Shown: positions 17,502 through 26,710 of the stretch, piece after piece
Numbering within the stretch: position 1 is the first letter of the stretch
How the letters are laid out: each line of letters starts with the position of its first letter
Assembly: GCA_041441465.1 (NCBI GenBank)
Contig: JASDSY010000034.1
Coordinates: 1 to 46,847, forward strand
Length of the DNA: 46,847 nucleotides
DNA from: Candidatus Wallbacteria bacterium
Lineage (GTDB): Bacteria; Muiribacteriota; UBA9980
Direction of reading: 5' to 3'
The notes under the pieces: model-generated
Database searches by the model: none
The model's input: the letters and a program-made list of their open reading frames with translations, nothing else
What the model was told of the DNA's origin: nothing
Made by a program: the position numbers and the translations under genes

Positions 17502-19349
17502 TTAAAGCAAATCGTATTTTTTCATCCGGCGCCATAGCGCCATACGGCTTATTTTCAGCTTCTCGGCGGCTATAGTTTTATTGTAATCGCACTCTTCTAA
17601 AACCTGCAAAATTTTATCACGTTTCCATAAGTCTGATTTTTTCGTAATTGTCTTAAAATTGCCGTTCATATTTTCGTTCGCGGTATTTGCAAATTCAGGC
17701 TTAATTAAAATCGCCGGCTGCTTTACTACACTGTTAAGGATTTCTTCGAATCTTTGTTTATATTCGCTCGAGAAATTTTCAAATGAAATGATGTCGTTTT
17801 TGCAAAAAATGAATGCATGTTCAATCATATTCTGGAGTTCCCTGACGTTGCCCGGGAAACTGTAAATTGCGAAGAATTTTTTTACATCCGGCGCCACATC
17901 GGCGATGGCTTTGGAATGTCTTTCGTTCAGTTTCTTTATAAAGCTTTTGGTCAATAATTCGATATCATCCCGTCTTTCTCTTAAGGGCGGGATTTTTATG
18001 TTTATGACTTTTAAACGATAATACAGATCTTCCCGGAATTTTCCTGCGCGTATGATCTCTTCAAAATTCTTATTTGATGCCGCTATTATTCTTACTTCGG
18101 CTTTTTGCGATTTTACGTCACCGAGCGGTTCATATAATTTTTCCTCAATTACCCTGAGAAGCTTTACCTGTAGATGGATTGGCATTTCGCTTATTTCATC
18201 TAAAAATATCGTGCCGCCCGCAGCAATTGAAAACCTTCCAGGTTTATCTTTTTTTGCGTCGGTAAATGCGCCCTTTACATAGCCGAATAATTCCGATTCG
18301 AGTAGAGTTTCGGGAATTGCGCCGCAGTTTACGACTATGAACGGCCCTTTGGCGCGGTTTGAAAGACTGTGGATTGTTTTGGCGATCAGGCTCTTGCCGG
18401 TGCCTGATGCGCCTTCTATTAATACGTTACAATCGCTTTCCGCGGTTATTGGAAGCAGTTCGAATATTTCAAGCATGGCTTTGCTTTTGCCTTTAATATC
18501 ATTAAATGAATATTTTTCGACAAGTTCTTTTTCAGTCTGTTCTATTTGTTTTTTTAGAAGTTCGTTTTCCGTTATGTCGTTGACTAACATGAATGTTCCG
18601 GTTAATTTGCCTTTTTCATTGCGAAATCCGGCGATTGAAATATATGTATAAATCGGGCGTCCTTCTTTATGTTTAAAATTAAGGTTAAATTTTATGGCCG
18701 TTACCGATAAATTATCTATATTTTTTATATGGACCATACATATATTGGCATTCCCCTCGTCCATAAATTCGAACGGGGTTTTGCCTATTAATTCATGCTG
18801 CTGGTACCCTAAAATTTCGCTTATTCGGGCGTTAACGAAAGTAGTTTTGAAATTATTGTCAATTACCCAGAATCCTTCATTAGCCGTTTCGACAAATTGT
18901 TTGTATTGGCTTTCATTTTTTATGAGTTCTTCGAAGTTTCGGGCCGACTCGAAAATAGCCGTTGCCGGCGAGTAGGCGATTATAAAACCGGTGAGATGGT
19001 TATCTAGTTCGAAAATTGGAGTTATTTTGAAGTGTACGTTTTCGGCGATGTTTTCATTATTTAAAAAATTAAGGTATCCTTCATAGCAGTGCGTTTCTTC
19101 GGAGGCTTCAAGTTTTTGCGTGAATTCATACTGGTTTTCAGGTTGTATCATTAATTTCAAAAAATTTTTGCCGGTCAGATAATTTGAATCGGCTTTAAAT
19201 AATTTCTGCGCTTCAGAATTGGCGTAAACTATGAATGCGGAAATATCTATTACTAAAATAGCATAGCCTATTTTTTCAAGAATGGCTTGATAAAATTGCT
19301 TCGTATATTTTTCGGTATTTACTATTGATACTTTGTTAATATAATCCAT
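17502..19349 (-). CDS. Sigma-54-dependent transcriptional activator (PAS sensor, AAA+ sigma-54 interaction domain, Fis-type HTH)
   Basis: Walker A EGASGTGKS. ESELFGYVKGAFTDA (the GAFTGA motif reads GAFTDA here). C-terminal HTH ..TIAAEKLKISRMALWRRMKKY. N-terminal PAS-like region of about 270 aa. Confidence 0.85.
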   Translation of the reverse strand: MDYINKVSIVNTEKYTKQFYQAILEKIGYAILVIDISAFIVYANSEAQKLFKADSNYLTGKNFLKLMIQPENQYEFTQKLEASEETHCYEGYLNFLNNENIAENVHFKITPIFELDNHLTGFIIAYSPATAIFESARNFEELIKNESQYKQFVETANEGFWVIDNNFKTTFVNARISEILGYQQHELIGKTPFEFMDEGNANICMVHIKNIDNLSVTAIKFNLNFKHKEGRPIYTYISIAGFRNEKGKLTGTFMLVNDITENELLKKQIEQTEKELVEKYSFNDIKGKSKAMLEIFELLPITAESDCNVLIEGASGTGKSLIAKTIHSLSNRAKGPFIVVNCGAIPETLLESELFGYVKGAFTDAKKDKPGRFSIAAGGTIFLDEISEMPIHLQVKLLRVIEEKLYEPLGDVKSQKAEVRIIAASNKNFEEIIRAGKFREDLYYRLKVINIKIPPLRERRDDIELLTKSFIKKLNERHSKAIADVAPDVKKFFAIYSFPGNVRELQNMIEHAFIFCKNDIISFENFSSEYKQRFEEILNSVVKQPAILIKPEFANTANENMNGNFKTITKKSDLWKRDKILQVLEECDYNKTIAAEKLKISRMALWRRMKKYDLL

Positions 19350-19417
19350 ATAAATTTCCTGATGAATTTCTTATAAGAAATGCTGCCGGCCCATTCACAT
19401 AATTATTTTGAATAAAT

Positions 19418-20503
19418 TTAAAATGATGTTTTACATTCATTTATAATAAAGCTCGTATTGTTGTCATGCCATTTAAGGCCGCCTGGTTTTGAACTTTTTT
19501 CATATTTCATGAAAATTTTACTTTCACACAATAACTTAAAAATAATATAATTAAAATACTCTTTATTTATATTCAATTCATTATTACCTTGTAATAATGA
19601 ATTGAATATGTCGATATTTTTAATAGCGTTTTTTTGTTTTTTTATTATATTCAATATTTCGTTTTCAAGGTTACTTATATGATCATAATTTGATATTAGG
19701 CGGCAATCGTTTATTTCAGCGGTATCTCTCGCAGTCGAATAAATAGCGCTGCCATTTTCAAAAACTATCATTTCGCCGAACTTAAAAGGCTGCCATTTAC
19801 AATAGCTTAAAGGCCTTGAAGCTATTACAAATCCTGCGGAGTTTTTTTCTGCGCATTTTTTATAGCTGAATTTGGCGTCGAGCTGTTTGAAATTTATATC
19901 GCCTTGCGATAAATCATCATGCCTTACAAAGCAAAGGCCGTTATAGCCGTTTTTGTCGTAATAGCAGAAAAGCTTGCTGCCGTCGCTTAAAACGCAATTA
20001 AAATTACCCTTCTCATTGATTCGCTTAAAAATGTCATGTATTTTTTTGAAATTAGATTCGTTCCATTCTGAAATTTTATTCTTTTCGATTCCGGCGAGTA
20101 TATGGCAGAACAAGTGTTCTGAATCGGTATGGCCTAACGGTTGGAATCTTTTCAGCCCGAATTTTTGATATGCAGAGATAGTGCCGTTATGCATGAATAA
20201 ATAATTTTTTCCGTCAAGTTCCCGGCTAAACGGGTGGCAGTTTTTAAGGGTTTTGACGCCTACGCTGCTATAGCGGACATGCGCCATTATAATTTGCGCG
20301 CCGATAAAATTATTTTTGGTAATATTATCATATAATCTGCTTTCAAGAGCGTTTTCAGGAGATTTTACAATTTGCGCGCATTCGTCTTCATACCACGCAA
20401 GTCCGAATCCGTCGGGATTTTCAAATGCCCTGCATTTGAACGCTTCGAGGTGCCATTTTAAGTTTATTTTTTTATTAAAATCCGCGCATAGTAATTCGCA
20501 CAT
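19418..20503 (-). CDS. Class-II (Ntn) glutamine amidotransferase, YafJ/EgtC-like, with about 110-aa Asn-rich C-terminal extension
   Basis: Begins MCELL, so Cys2 is the nucleophile after Met removal. AGGTGG ribosome-binding site. Hairpin plus U-tract immediately upstream. Confidence 0.65.
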   Translation of the reverse strand: MCELLCADFNKKINLKWHLEAFKCRAFENPDGFGLAWYEDECAQIVKSPENALESRLYDNITKNNFIGAQIIMAHVRYSSVGVKTLKNCHPFSRELDGKNYLFMHNGTISAYQKFGLKRFQPLGHTDSEHLFCHILAGIEKNKISEWNESNFKKIHDIFKRINEKGNFNCVLSDGSKLFCYYDKNGYNGLCFVRHDDLSQGDINFKQLDAKFSYKKCAEKNSAGFVIASRPLSYCKWQPFKFGEMIVFENGSAIYSTARDTAEINDCRLISNYDHISNLENEILNIIKKQKNAIKNIDIFNSLLQGNNELNINKEYFNYIIFKLLCESKIFMKYEKSSKPGGLKWHDNNTSFIINECKTSF

Positions 20504-20512
20504 AATCCACCT

Positions 20513-20565
20513 TAATTTTTTTTATAAAAGCAGCCCTGAGTTTGTAACTAAATTCAGGGCTGCTT
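20513..20565 (-). promoter_or_regulatory. Terminator-like hairpin (attenuator?) between ftcD and the amidotransferase gene
   Basis: Minus strand reads AAGCAGCCCTGA-(14 nt)-TCAGGGCTGCTT, then TTTTATAAAAAAAATT, then AAGGTGG and ATG. Confidence 0.5.
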
Positions 20566-20636
20566 GGGTTGAGTGATAAATTTAAAACGTAATTTTTACC
20601 ATGAAAATTTATGGTTTTTAATACGTTAAAAATTAA

Positions 20637-21527
20637 TTATAAATTGCTTTCGATTACCTGTTTCATTTCGAAATTTTCGATGCGTAAATAATAATCTGCG
20701 CATTGTATTAAGGCTTCCATCGGGGTAAGGCCTATCAATTCGGAGCCGATAACGTTTATTCCGTAGTGCGCTGCTTCATTTTTTACCATGTCGAAAACTC
20801 TGAATATAGGCGTTTTTTTGTAATTTACAAGGTTCATCGAAACCTGCACGATTCCGCGGCCTGAAAGTTCAACGCCCATAGCCTTTACGAACATTAACCC
20901 GCCTGACGAGCCTCTTACGGCGCGTGCGATTTTATCGGCTATTTTTATATCATTGGTGTCAAGGTTTATGTTGAACGCTATAAGATATTCGCGTGCGCCG
21001 ATAACTGTCGCACCGGCTGTCGGATGGAGTTTATCAGGACCGAAATCGGGTTTCCAGTTAGGGTCTTTTATTTTATCATGCCAGCCTTCGAATTCGCCTT
21101 TTCTGATTGTGGCAAGATTCTGGCGGTCGGGTTTTGAAGCGGCTGCTTCATATAAGAAAATCGGAAGTCCGTGCTTTTCAGAAAGCGTTTTTGCGACTTC
21201 TTTGGCCATTTCAATGCATTCAGACATGCTGGCATTACGTACAGGAATGAACGGTATTACGTCAACCGCTCCCATTCTTGGATGTTCGCCTTTATGTTTG
21301 GTCAAATCGATGTTTTTAACTGCGATTTCGACGGCATTATAAACGCATTTTTTTAACGGTTCTGGTTCGCCGACTGCGGTTACGACTGTCCGGTTATGGT
21401 CTTTATCCGGCTTTACGTCAAGAAGTTTTACGTTTTCGACATTTCTGAAGCAATCTGCGATTTTATTAATAACTTCTTCGTTGCGGCCTTCCGAGAAATT
21501 AGGAACGGTTTCAATAATTTTATTCAC
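20637..21527 (-). CDS. ftcD: Glutamate formimidoyltransferase (FtcD-type formiminotransferase domain)
   Basis: N-terminus ..IETVPNFSEGRNEEVI.. matches the formiminotransferase signature. 296 aa. Confidence 0.8.
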   Translation of the reverse strand: MNKIIETVPNFSEGRNEEVINKIADCFRNVENVKLLDVKPDKDHNRTVVTAVGEPEPLKKCVYNAVEIAVKNIDLTKHKGEHPRMGAVDVIPFIPVRNASMSECIEMAKEVAKTLSEKHGLPIFLYEAAASKPDRQNLATIRKGEFEGWHDKIKDPNWKPDFGPDKLHPTAGATVIGAREYLIAFNINLDTNDIKIADKIARAVRGSSGGLMFVKAMGVELSGRGIVQVSMNLVNYKKTPIFRVFDMVKNEAAHYGINVIGSELIGLTPMEALIQCADYYLRIENFEMKQVIESNL

Positions 21528-21630
21528 TTAAATTTCTTCCTTTCGATTAAAATTTAGAAATACGTTTTGTGTTTTATGATTTAATTAAATTAGTTTCCTT
21601 ATTGATATTAGCATTTCAGACTGAGTTAAC

Positions 21631-23283
21631 TTAAATTGTAACGCCGGGTATTTTAAGATCGCTTTTTTTAGCGAAGTCGATAGCTTCCGGATACCCTGCA
21701 TCAACATGTCTTACCACACCCATGCCAGGATCGCTTGTCAATACTCTTTGCAGCCTTTCCTGCATGATGTCGCTGCCGTCCGCTACGATTACCATTCCTG
21801 AATGTATCGAATAGCCCATGCCGACTCCGCCGCCATGGTGCAGCGATACCCATGAAGCGCCGCCGACTGCGTTAATAAGAGCGTTTAAAACCGGCCAATC
21901 TGCGACTGCATCCGAGCCGTCACGCATAGCTTCCGTTTCTCGGTTAGGCGAAGCTACCGAACCAGAGTCTAGATGATCTCGGCCTATTACTATAGGAGCC
22001 GAAATTTCTCCTTTGCGGACCATTTCGTTTATTATCTGGCCGAAACGGGCTCGCTCGCCGTATCCGAGCCAGCATATTCTTGCCGGTAAACCCTGGAAAT
22101 GCACTTTTTCACGTGCCATTTTTATCCAGTTGCATAAGCGTTTGTTATAGGAAAATTCTTTTAATATGACTTCATCGGTTTTATAAATATCCTGCGGATC
22201 GCCTGATAAAGCGACCCATCTGAACGGGCCTTTGCCTTCGCAGAAAAGCGGTCTGATATAAGCCGGAACGAAACCTGGAAAATCGAATGCGTTATTTACG
22301 CCCATTTTTTGCGCCTGCGCCCTTATATTGTTGCCGTAATCGAATGTGATCGCGCCCATTTTTTGAAGTTCGAGCATTGCGCGCACATGGACGGCCATTG
22401 ATTCCATCGACAGCTCTATGTATTTTTTAGGGTCTGATTTTCTTAATTTCAGGGCTTCCTCGTAACTAATCTGGTATGGCACGTAGCCGTTTAATTCGTC
22501 GTGGGCCGAAGTCTGATCGGTTAGAACGTCAGGCACGAATCCTCTTTTAATTAATTCAGGAAGTATCGTAGCGGCATTGCCAAGAAGCGCAACCGATTTT
22601 GCGATTTTATTTTTTTTGTATTCAGTAACGCGTTTCAACGCTTCGTCAAGGTCGGTTACTACTTCGTCGCAATAGCCTGTTTTTAAGCGCTTTTCAATTC
22701 TTGACATATCGACGTCGATTCCAAGAAACGTGGCGCCGGCCATTGTCGCCGCAAGCGGCTGTGCGCCGCCCATTCCGCCGAGCCCGGCTGTGACTACTAT
22801 TTTACCTGAAAGGTCTGAACCGAAATGTTTTTCGCCGCACTGGGCGAATGTTTCGTATGTGCCCTGCAAAATTCCCTGTGTGCCGATATAAATCCATGAA
22901 CCTGCGGTCATCTGGCCGTACATCATAAGGCCTTTGGCGTCTAATTCACGAAAATGCTCCCATGTCGCCCATTTTGGCACAAGCATCGAATTTACCAGAA
23001 GCGCCCGCGGAGCCTGTTTATGAGATTTAAAAACAGCTACAGGCTTTCCTGACTGAATAAGCATTGTTTCGTCGTCTTCGAGATTTTTTATAGTATTGAC
23101 TATTTTGTCGAAACAATCCCAATTTCTTGCGGCTTTACCGAGGCCGCCGTAAACTATCAAATTTTTCGGGTCTTCGGCGACTTCGGGGTCTAAATTGTTC
23201 GAAAGCATCCTTAATATCGCTTCCTGCTGCCAGCCTTTACATGAAAGCTTGGCGCCGCGCGGAGCTTTAATAACTCTTTCCAT
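21631..23283 (-). CDS. hutU: Urocanate hydratase
   Basis: 550 aa. NAD-binding [17 protein letters not shown]. Aligns with urocanase along its full length. Confidence 0.9.
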   Translation of the reverse strand: MERVIKAPRGAKLSCKGWQQEAILRMLSNNLDPEVAEDPKNLIVYGGLGKAARNWDCFDKIVNTIKNLEDDETMLIQSGKPVAVFKSHKQAPRALLVNSMLVPKWATWEHFRELDAKGLMMYGQMTAGSWIYIGTQGILQGTYETFAQCGEKHFGSDLSGKIVVTAGLGGMGGAQPLAATMAGATFLGIDVDMSRIEKRLKTGYCDEVVTDLDEALKRVTEYKKNKIAKSVALLGNAATILPELIKRGFVPDVLTDQTSAHDELNGYVPYQISYEEALKLRKSDPKKYIELSMESMAVHVRAMLELQKMGAITFDYGNNIRAQAQKMGVNNAFDFPGFVPAYIRPLFCEGKGPFRWVALSGDPQDIYKTDEVILKEFSYNKRLCNWIKMAREKVHFQGLPARICWLGYGERARFGQIINEMVRKGEISAPIVIGRDHLDSGSVASPNRETEAMRDGSDAVADWPVLNALINAVGGASWVSLHHGGGVGMGYSIHSGMVIVADGSDIMQERLQRVLTSDPGMGVVRHVDAGYPEAIDFAKKSDLKIPGVTI

Positions 23284-23370
23284 TCATACCATCCCCTGAC
23301 GATTAAGTTAAATTGTTATTTTTATTTATACTTAATACAACATAAAATCTGAAATAATTATTGTGAAGAT

Positions 23371-23399
23371 ATTATAACACAATGGTTTTTATCCGTCAA
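23371..23399 (-). promoter_or_regulatory. Strong sigma-70 promoter for hutU
   Basis: Minus strand reads TTGACG-17 nt-TATAAT with an extended-10 TGT. Confidence 0.65.
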
Positions 23400-23497
23400 A
23401 TAATTTTATGCGGCGAAAACAAGTCGATGTTTGACAGATTAAATTATCAGTTTTTATAAATTTTTCGTTAATAAAAAATTACGTTTAAATTGAAATA

Positions 23498-23541
23498 AAT
23501 TAAAAAAAGGACTGCACTAGTTGATTTGTTTGTGCAGTCCT
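23498..23541 (-). terminator. Rho-independent terminator after the large repetitive gene
   Basis: AGGACTGCAC-(14 nt)-GTGCAGTCCT followed by TTTTTTTA on the minus strand. Confidence 0.75.
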
Positions 23542-23585
23542 TAATTTTTATATAGTATTCTTATCAATTTTTATAAAGCGCAATT

Positions 23586-26498
23586 TTATTTTTGAGTGTT
23601 TTTATCGCTTGTTTTTGTTGAAGTTGTGGTTGTACCGCTCTGGCCTGAAACATATGCTTCGTATTCATTGAATGCCTGTTTGTATTCTTGTAAAGCCTGC
23701 TGGCCTTCTGCGGATTCACCCTTGCCTTCAGCAAGTAACTGCGCGTATTTCTGATATGCCGCTTTCATCTTTTCCTGAAGTTGTTTTACGTTATCCGTAC
23801 CCGATGAATTTTTATCAGCTACTACATCGGTATTGCCGGTAACGGTGGTATTATTTTTATCGGTTGTCTGTTCGACGTCGCCGGTTGAAGCCTGCGGTGT
23901 TACGTTGATAGTTGCGCCTGTGCCTGTAACTCTGATGCTTGTCTGTTCATTTGTCGATTTTTTACCGCGGATTAACTCTACGACTTTACCGCCTATGAAG
24001 TTACCTACGATACCGCCTATCATCGAACCTATGCCAGGTAATAACATCGAACCTAATGTAGCGCCTATCGTCGAACCGATTGCGCGTCCGGCAAGGTCGG
24101 CTTTGTCTATTGCGGCCCATGCTTTCTTGAATGAAGGTTTGTTGCCTGCCGCGATATCGTTACCCATCTGACCGCCTATAGCGCCGCCTGCCATCGAGAA
24201 TACTGTCGGCATTAATGCGCCTATTACAGGACCTACTACCGGGATTGTCGATGCGAATGTGCCTACGAACGCACCGGCTGCCGAACCAAGGCCGGAACCT
24301 ACAAATGAGCCTACATATTCGCCTGAAGCGAGGTACGATACTGCTTTTCCTATGTTAACCGGTTCGCCTTTTACAACCTGGTCTACTATCTTGAAGCCTA
24401 CTGTTAAGCCAGCTGAAAGTGCGACATTTTTTACTGAGAATGATTCTTTTAAAGCTGTGCCTGCTGCTTTACCGGCTGCCGTTGTGGTTTCTTTACCCCA
24501 TTTATAGCCTTTTTCATAAGCCTCTGAATGTTTGCCGCCTGGTTTTGGTTTCGCGTTCTGATCGCCGTTTGCTGAAGCGGTCGTGCCGTCATCGGCGCCA
24601 GCGGCAGGTGCTGATGTACCATCATCTGTCGATGCTGATGCCGGCTTAGGATTTGTGCCGTCAGCGTCAGCCTGTGAGTTAGGTTTCGGGTTTGTACCGT
24701 CATCCGAACTAGCAGCCGGAGTTGATGTACCGTCATCTGTCGATGCTGATGTCGGCTTAGGATTTGTGCCGTCAGCGTCGCCTGTACCTGTTGCAGCAGA
24801 AGGCTGACCGCCGTTTTCTGCCGTTGCAGGCGCCTGATTTGATGATGTAGGTTTGTTATTGCTTGCAGTTGAACTTGAAGCCGGTGTACCGTCAACATCG
24901 CCGGTTGAACTAGGTTTCGGGCTGTTATTGCCGGCTGCCGGTGTACCGTCTAAATCGCCTGAAGCGGTTGTGCCGCCGTTGCCTGAAGCGCTGCCGGAAT
25001 TATTCGAAGGTGTTGAAGCAGGAACGCCGTCATCTGTCGAAACAGGCGTTGAATTATTTGAAGGTGTCGAGTTAGATGCTGTATTTGAGCCAGCCGGAGT
25101 TGATGATGAAGCCGGCGTTGAGCTTGTCGAACCTGTTGTTGATGCAGCTGCCGGTGTTTCAGGAGCGGTGCCGCCTACACCAGTTGCTGATGAAGCGCTT
25201 CCGGAATTAGCTGCCGGTGTGCTTGATGATGCTGTGTTTGAGCCGGTTGAAGCCGCAGGAGTTGATGACGAAGCAGCCGGTGTGCTGCCTGCAGTCTGCG
25301 GTGCCGGTGAAGTTGCGGCATTGCCTGCGCCTGTTGCAGGGCTTGGGCCGTTATTGTTTATTATCGTGATCTGACGTCTGTCGATGATTGTTACTTTATT
25401 GTTCGAATCGCGTATTACAGTTGTTTTATTATTTGAGCGCGCTGTGTTTGTGGTATTGGTCGTATTTGTGGTGTTGCCTGAATTTGTATTTGTAACAGTG
25501 TTTGTGTTTGATGTATTTCCTGCATTTTCGATTCTTGATGACGATGATGTATTTCCTGAGCGGGAAATATTACTTGAAGTTGATGATGTTGTTGACGAAT
25601 CGGTAGCGATACGTGTCGAATTACCTGAATTAGCAACTTTGCTTGAGTTCGAACTTGAAGTTGAAAGAGTATTGCCCGAATCGGTAATTCTTGATGTCGC
25701 TGAGTTCGAAGTTGATGTTGTAACATTTTTTGTTGAAATTGCGACATCAGTGTCCGCGATGCGTGTCGATGTCGAGGTAGTTGTATTCGTCTTCGATGAA
25801 GTTGTGCTTGTTACAGGTTTATTGACGACCGATGTGTTGTTGGTATTGCTGTTGCTTGTATTTGAAGCCGATACTGTCGTTGTCTGTTTAGGAGCCGGTA
25901 ATGCTAAAGTTTCCTTAGGGGCTGGCAATGCCAGTGTTTCTTTAGGAGCCGGCAGGGCTAACTGCTGCTTAGGAGCTGGAAGCGCCAATGTTTCTTTAGG
26001 AGCCGGTAATGCTAACTGTTGTTTTGCGGCTGTTGTCGAAGCAGAAGATGAGCTTGCCGAAGCGGTGCTTGGCGTTGCAGTCGAGGTGGCGGCAGCCGGA
26101 GTCGATGAAGTAGCAGCAGAAGTTGCCGAAGTTGAAGCGGTTGAAGAACCGTCGGCGAATTTCCAGGTTTTAAACAAACCGTTTGAATCGCGGACTACTG
26201 TTCTGGCGCGCCCATCGCTCCAGGTTTCCGTTGTAACTTTTCCCCAAGATACAAAATGTCCGTTAGCGTCGCGCACAACCCAGCGCTGTACGCCGTCAGC
26301 CCATGTTTCCATCGAACCTGTACCGAATGTAGTGTTTTGCCCTTTAGGCGTGCTGACATTCCATACTTCTTTTGCGGCGGTAGCGGTAACGCTTGCTGAA
26401 GCCTGAGCTATAGCCGGCGCAAATATCGATGTGAAAAAGCTGAATATTAAATATACTATAAATATCTTTTTTAACATCGAGCGTTTCATAATAATCAC
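23586..26498 (-). CDS. Large secreted Ser/Thr/Ala/Asn-rich repetitive protein with C-terminal glycine-zipper membrane-interacting domain
   Basis: 970 aa. Signal peptide. Duplicated N-terminal module (ETWADGVQRWVVRDANGHFVSW / ETWSDGRARTVVRDSNGLFKTW). Five copies of LALPAPK(E/Q)(T/Q) from 27-nt DNA repeats. Two copies of a 37-aa DADGTNPKP unit. About 700 aa of low complexity. C-terminal GxxxG-rich block and coiled coil. AAGGATAGGTGA ribosome-binding site. Confidence 0.8.
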   Translation of the reverse strand: MIIMKRSMLKKIFIVYLIFSFFTSIFAPAIAQASASVTATAAKEVWNVSTPKGQNTTFGTGSMETWADGVQRWVVRDANGHFVSWGKVTTETWSDGRARTVVRDSNGLFKTWKFADGSSTASTSATSAATSSTPAAATSTATPSTASASSSSASTTAAKQQLALPAPKETLALPAPKQQLALPAPKETLALPAPKETLALPAPKQTTTVSASNTSNSNTNNTSVVNKPVTSTTSSKTNTTTSTSTRIADTDVAISTKNVTTSTSNSATSRITDSGNTLSTSSSNSSKVANSGNSTRIATDSSTTSSTSSNISRSGNTSSSSRIENAGNTSNTNTVTNTNSGNTTNTTNTTNTARSNNKTTVIRDSNNKVTIIDRRQITIINNNGPSPATGAGNAATSPAPQTAGSTPAASSSTPAASTGSNTASSSTPAANSGSASSATGVGGTAPETPAAASTTGSTSSTPASSSTPAGSNTASNSTPSNNSTPVSTDDGVPASTPSNNSGSASGNGGTTASGDLDGTPAAGNNSPKPSSTGDVDGTPASSSTASNNKPTSSNQAPATAENGGQPSAATGTGDADGTNPKPTSASTDDGTSTPAASSDDGTNPKPNSQADADGTNPKPASASTDDGTSAPAAGADDGTTASANGDQNAKPKPGGKHSEAYEKGYKWGKETTTAAGKAAGTALKESFSVKNVALSAGLTVGFKIVDQVVKGEPVNIGKAVSYLASGEYVGSFVGSGLGSAAGAFVGTFASTIPVVGPVIGALMPTVFSMAGGAIGGQMGNDIAAGNKPSFKKAWAAIDKADLAGRAIGSTIGATLGSMLLPGIGSMIGGIVGNFIGGKVVELIRGKKSTNEQTSIRVTGTGATINVTPQASTGDVEQTTDKNNTTVTGNTDVVADKNSSGTDNVKQLQEKMKAAYQKYAQLLAEGKGESAEGQQALQEYKQAFNEYEAYVSGQSGTTTTSTKTSDKNTQK

Positions 26499-26710
26499 CT
26501 ATCCTTAAAGTTTTTCTCGTTATTCGTAAAATTGAATCCTGATATTTGCCGCTGGCAGCGGTAATTACTGTCACCTCCGATAAAAAAATACAAAAATACA
26601 AAAAATAAATGTACGTCAGAAATAAATGCGTAAAAATTAACTTTTTAATAATTATATTAAAAAAACTAAACCTTGTCAAGGAATGGGGCCTATAATTATT
26701 TAAAACGTTA

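Noticed and set aside
23284-23585. Possible sigma-54 promoter for hutU, given the nearby enhancer-binding protein
   Set aside because: No TGGCAC-N5-TTGC match was found. The region contains a near-perfect sigma-70 promoter with extended -10.
25384-26406. 340-aa plus-strand ORF and several other 70-170-aa ORFs on both strands inside 23.8-25.8 kb
   Set aside because: They lie within the GC-rich, low-complexity repeat region of the giant minus-strand gene. Their translations are homopolymer-like (VVFVVL.., QLQ.., PAA..), with no start context or ribosome-binding site. These are typical shadow ORFs opposite Ser/Thr/Ala codon runs.
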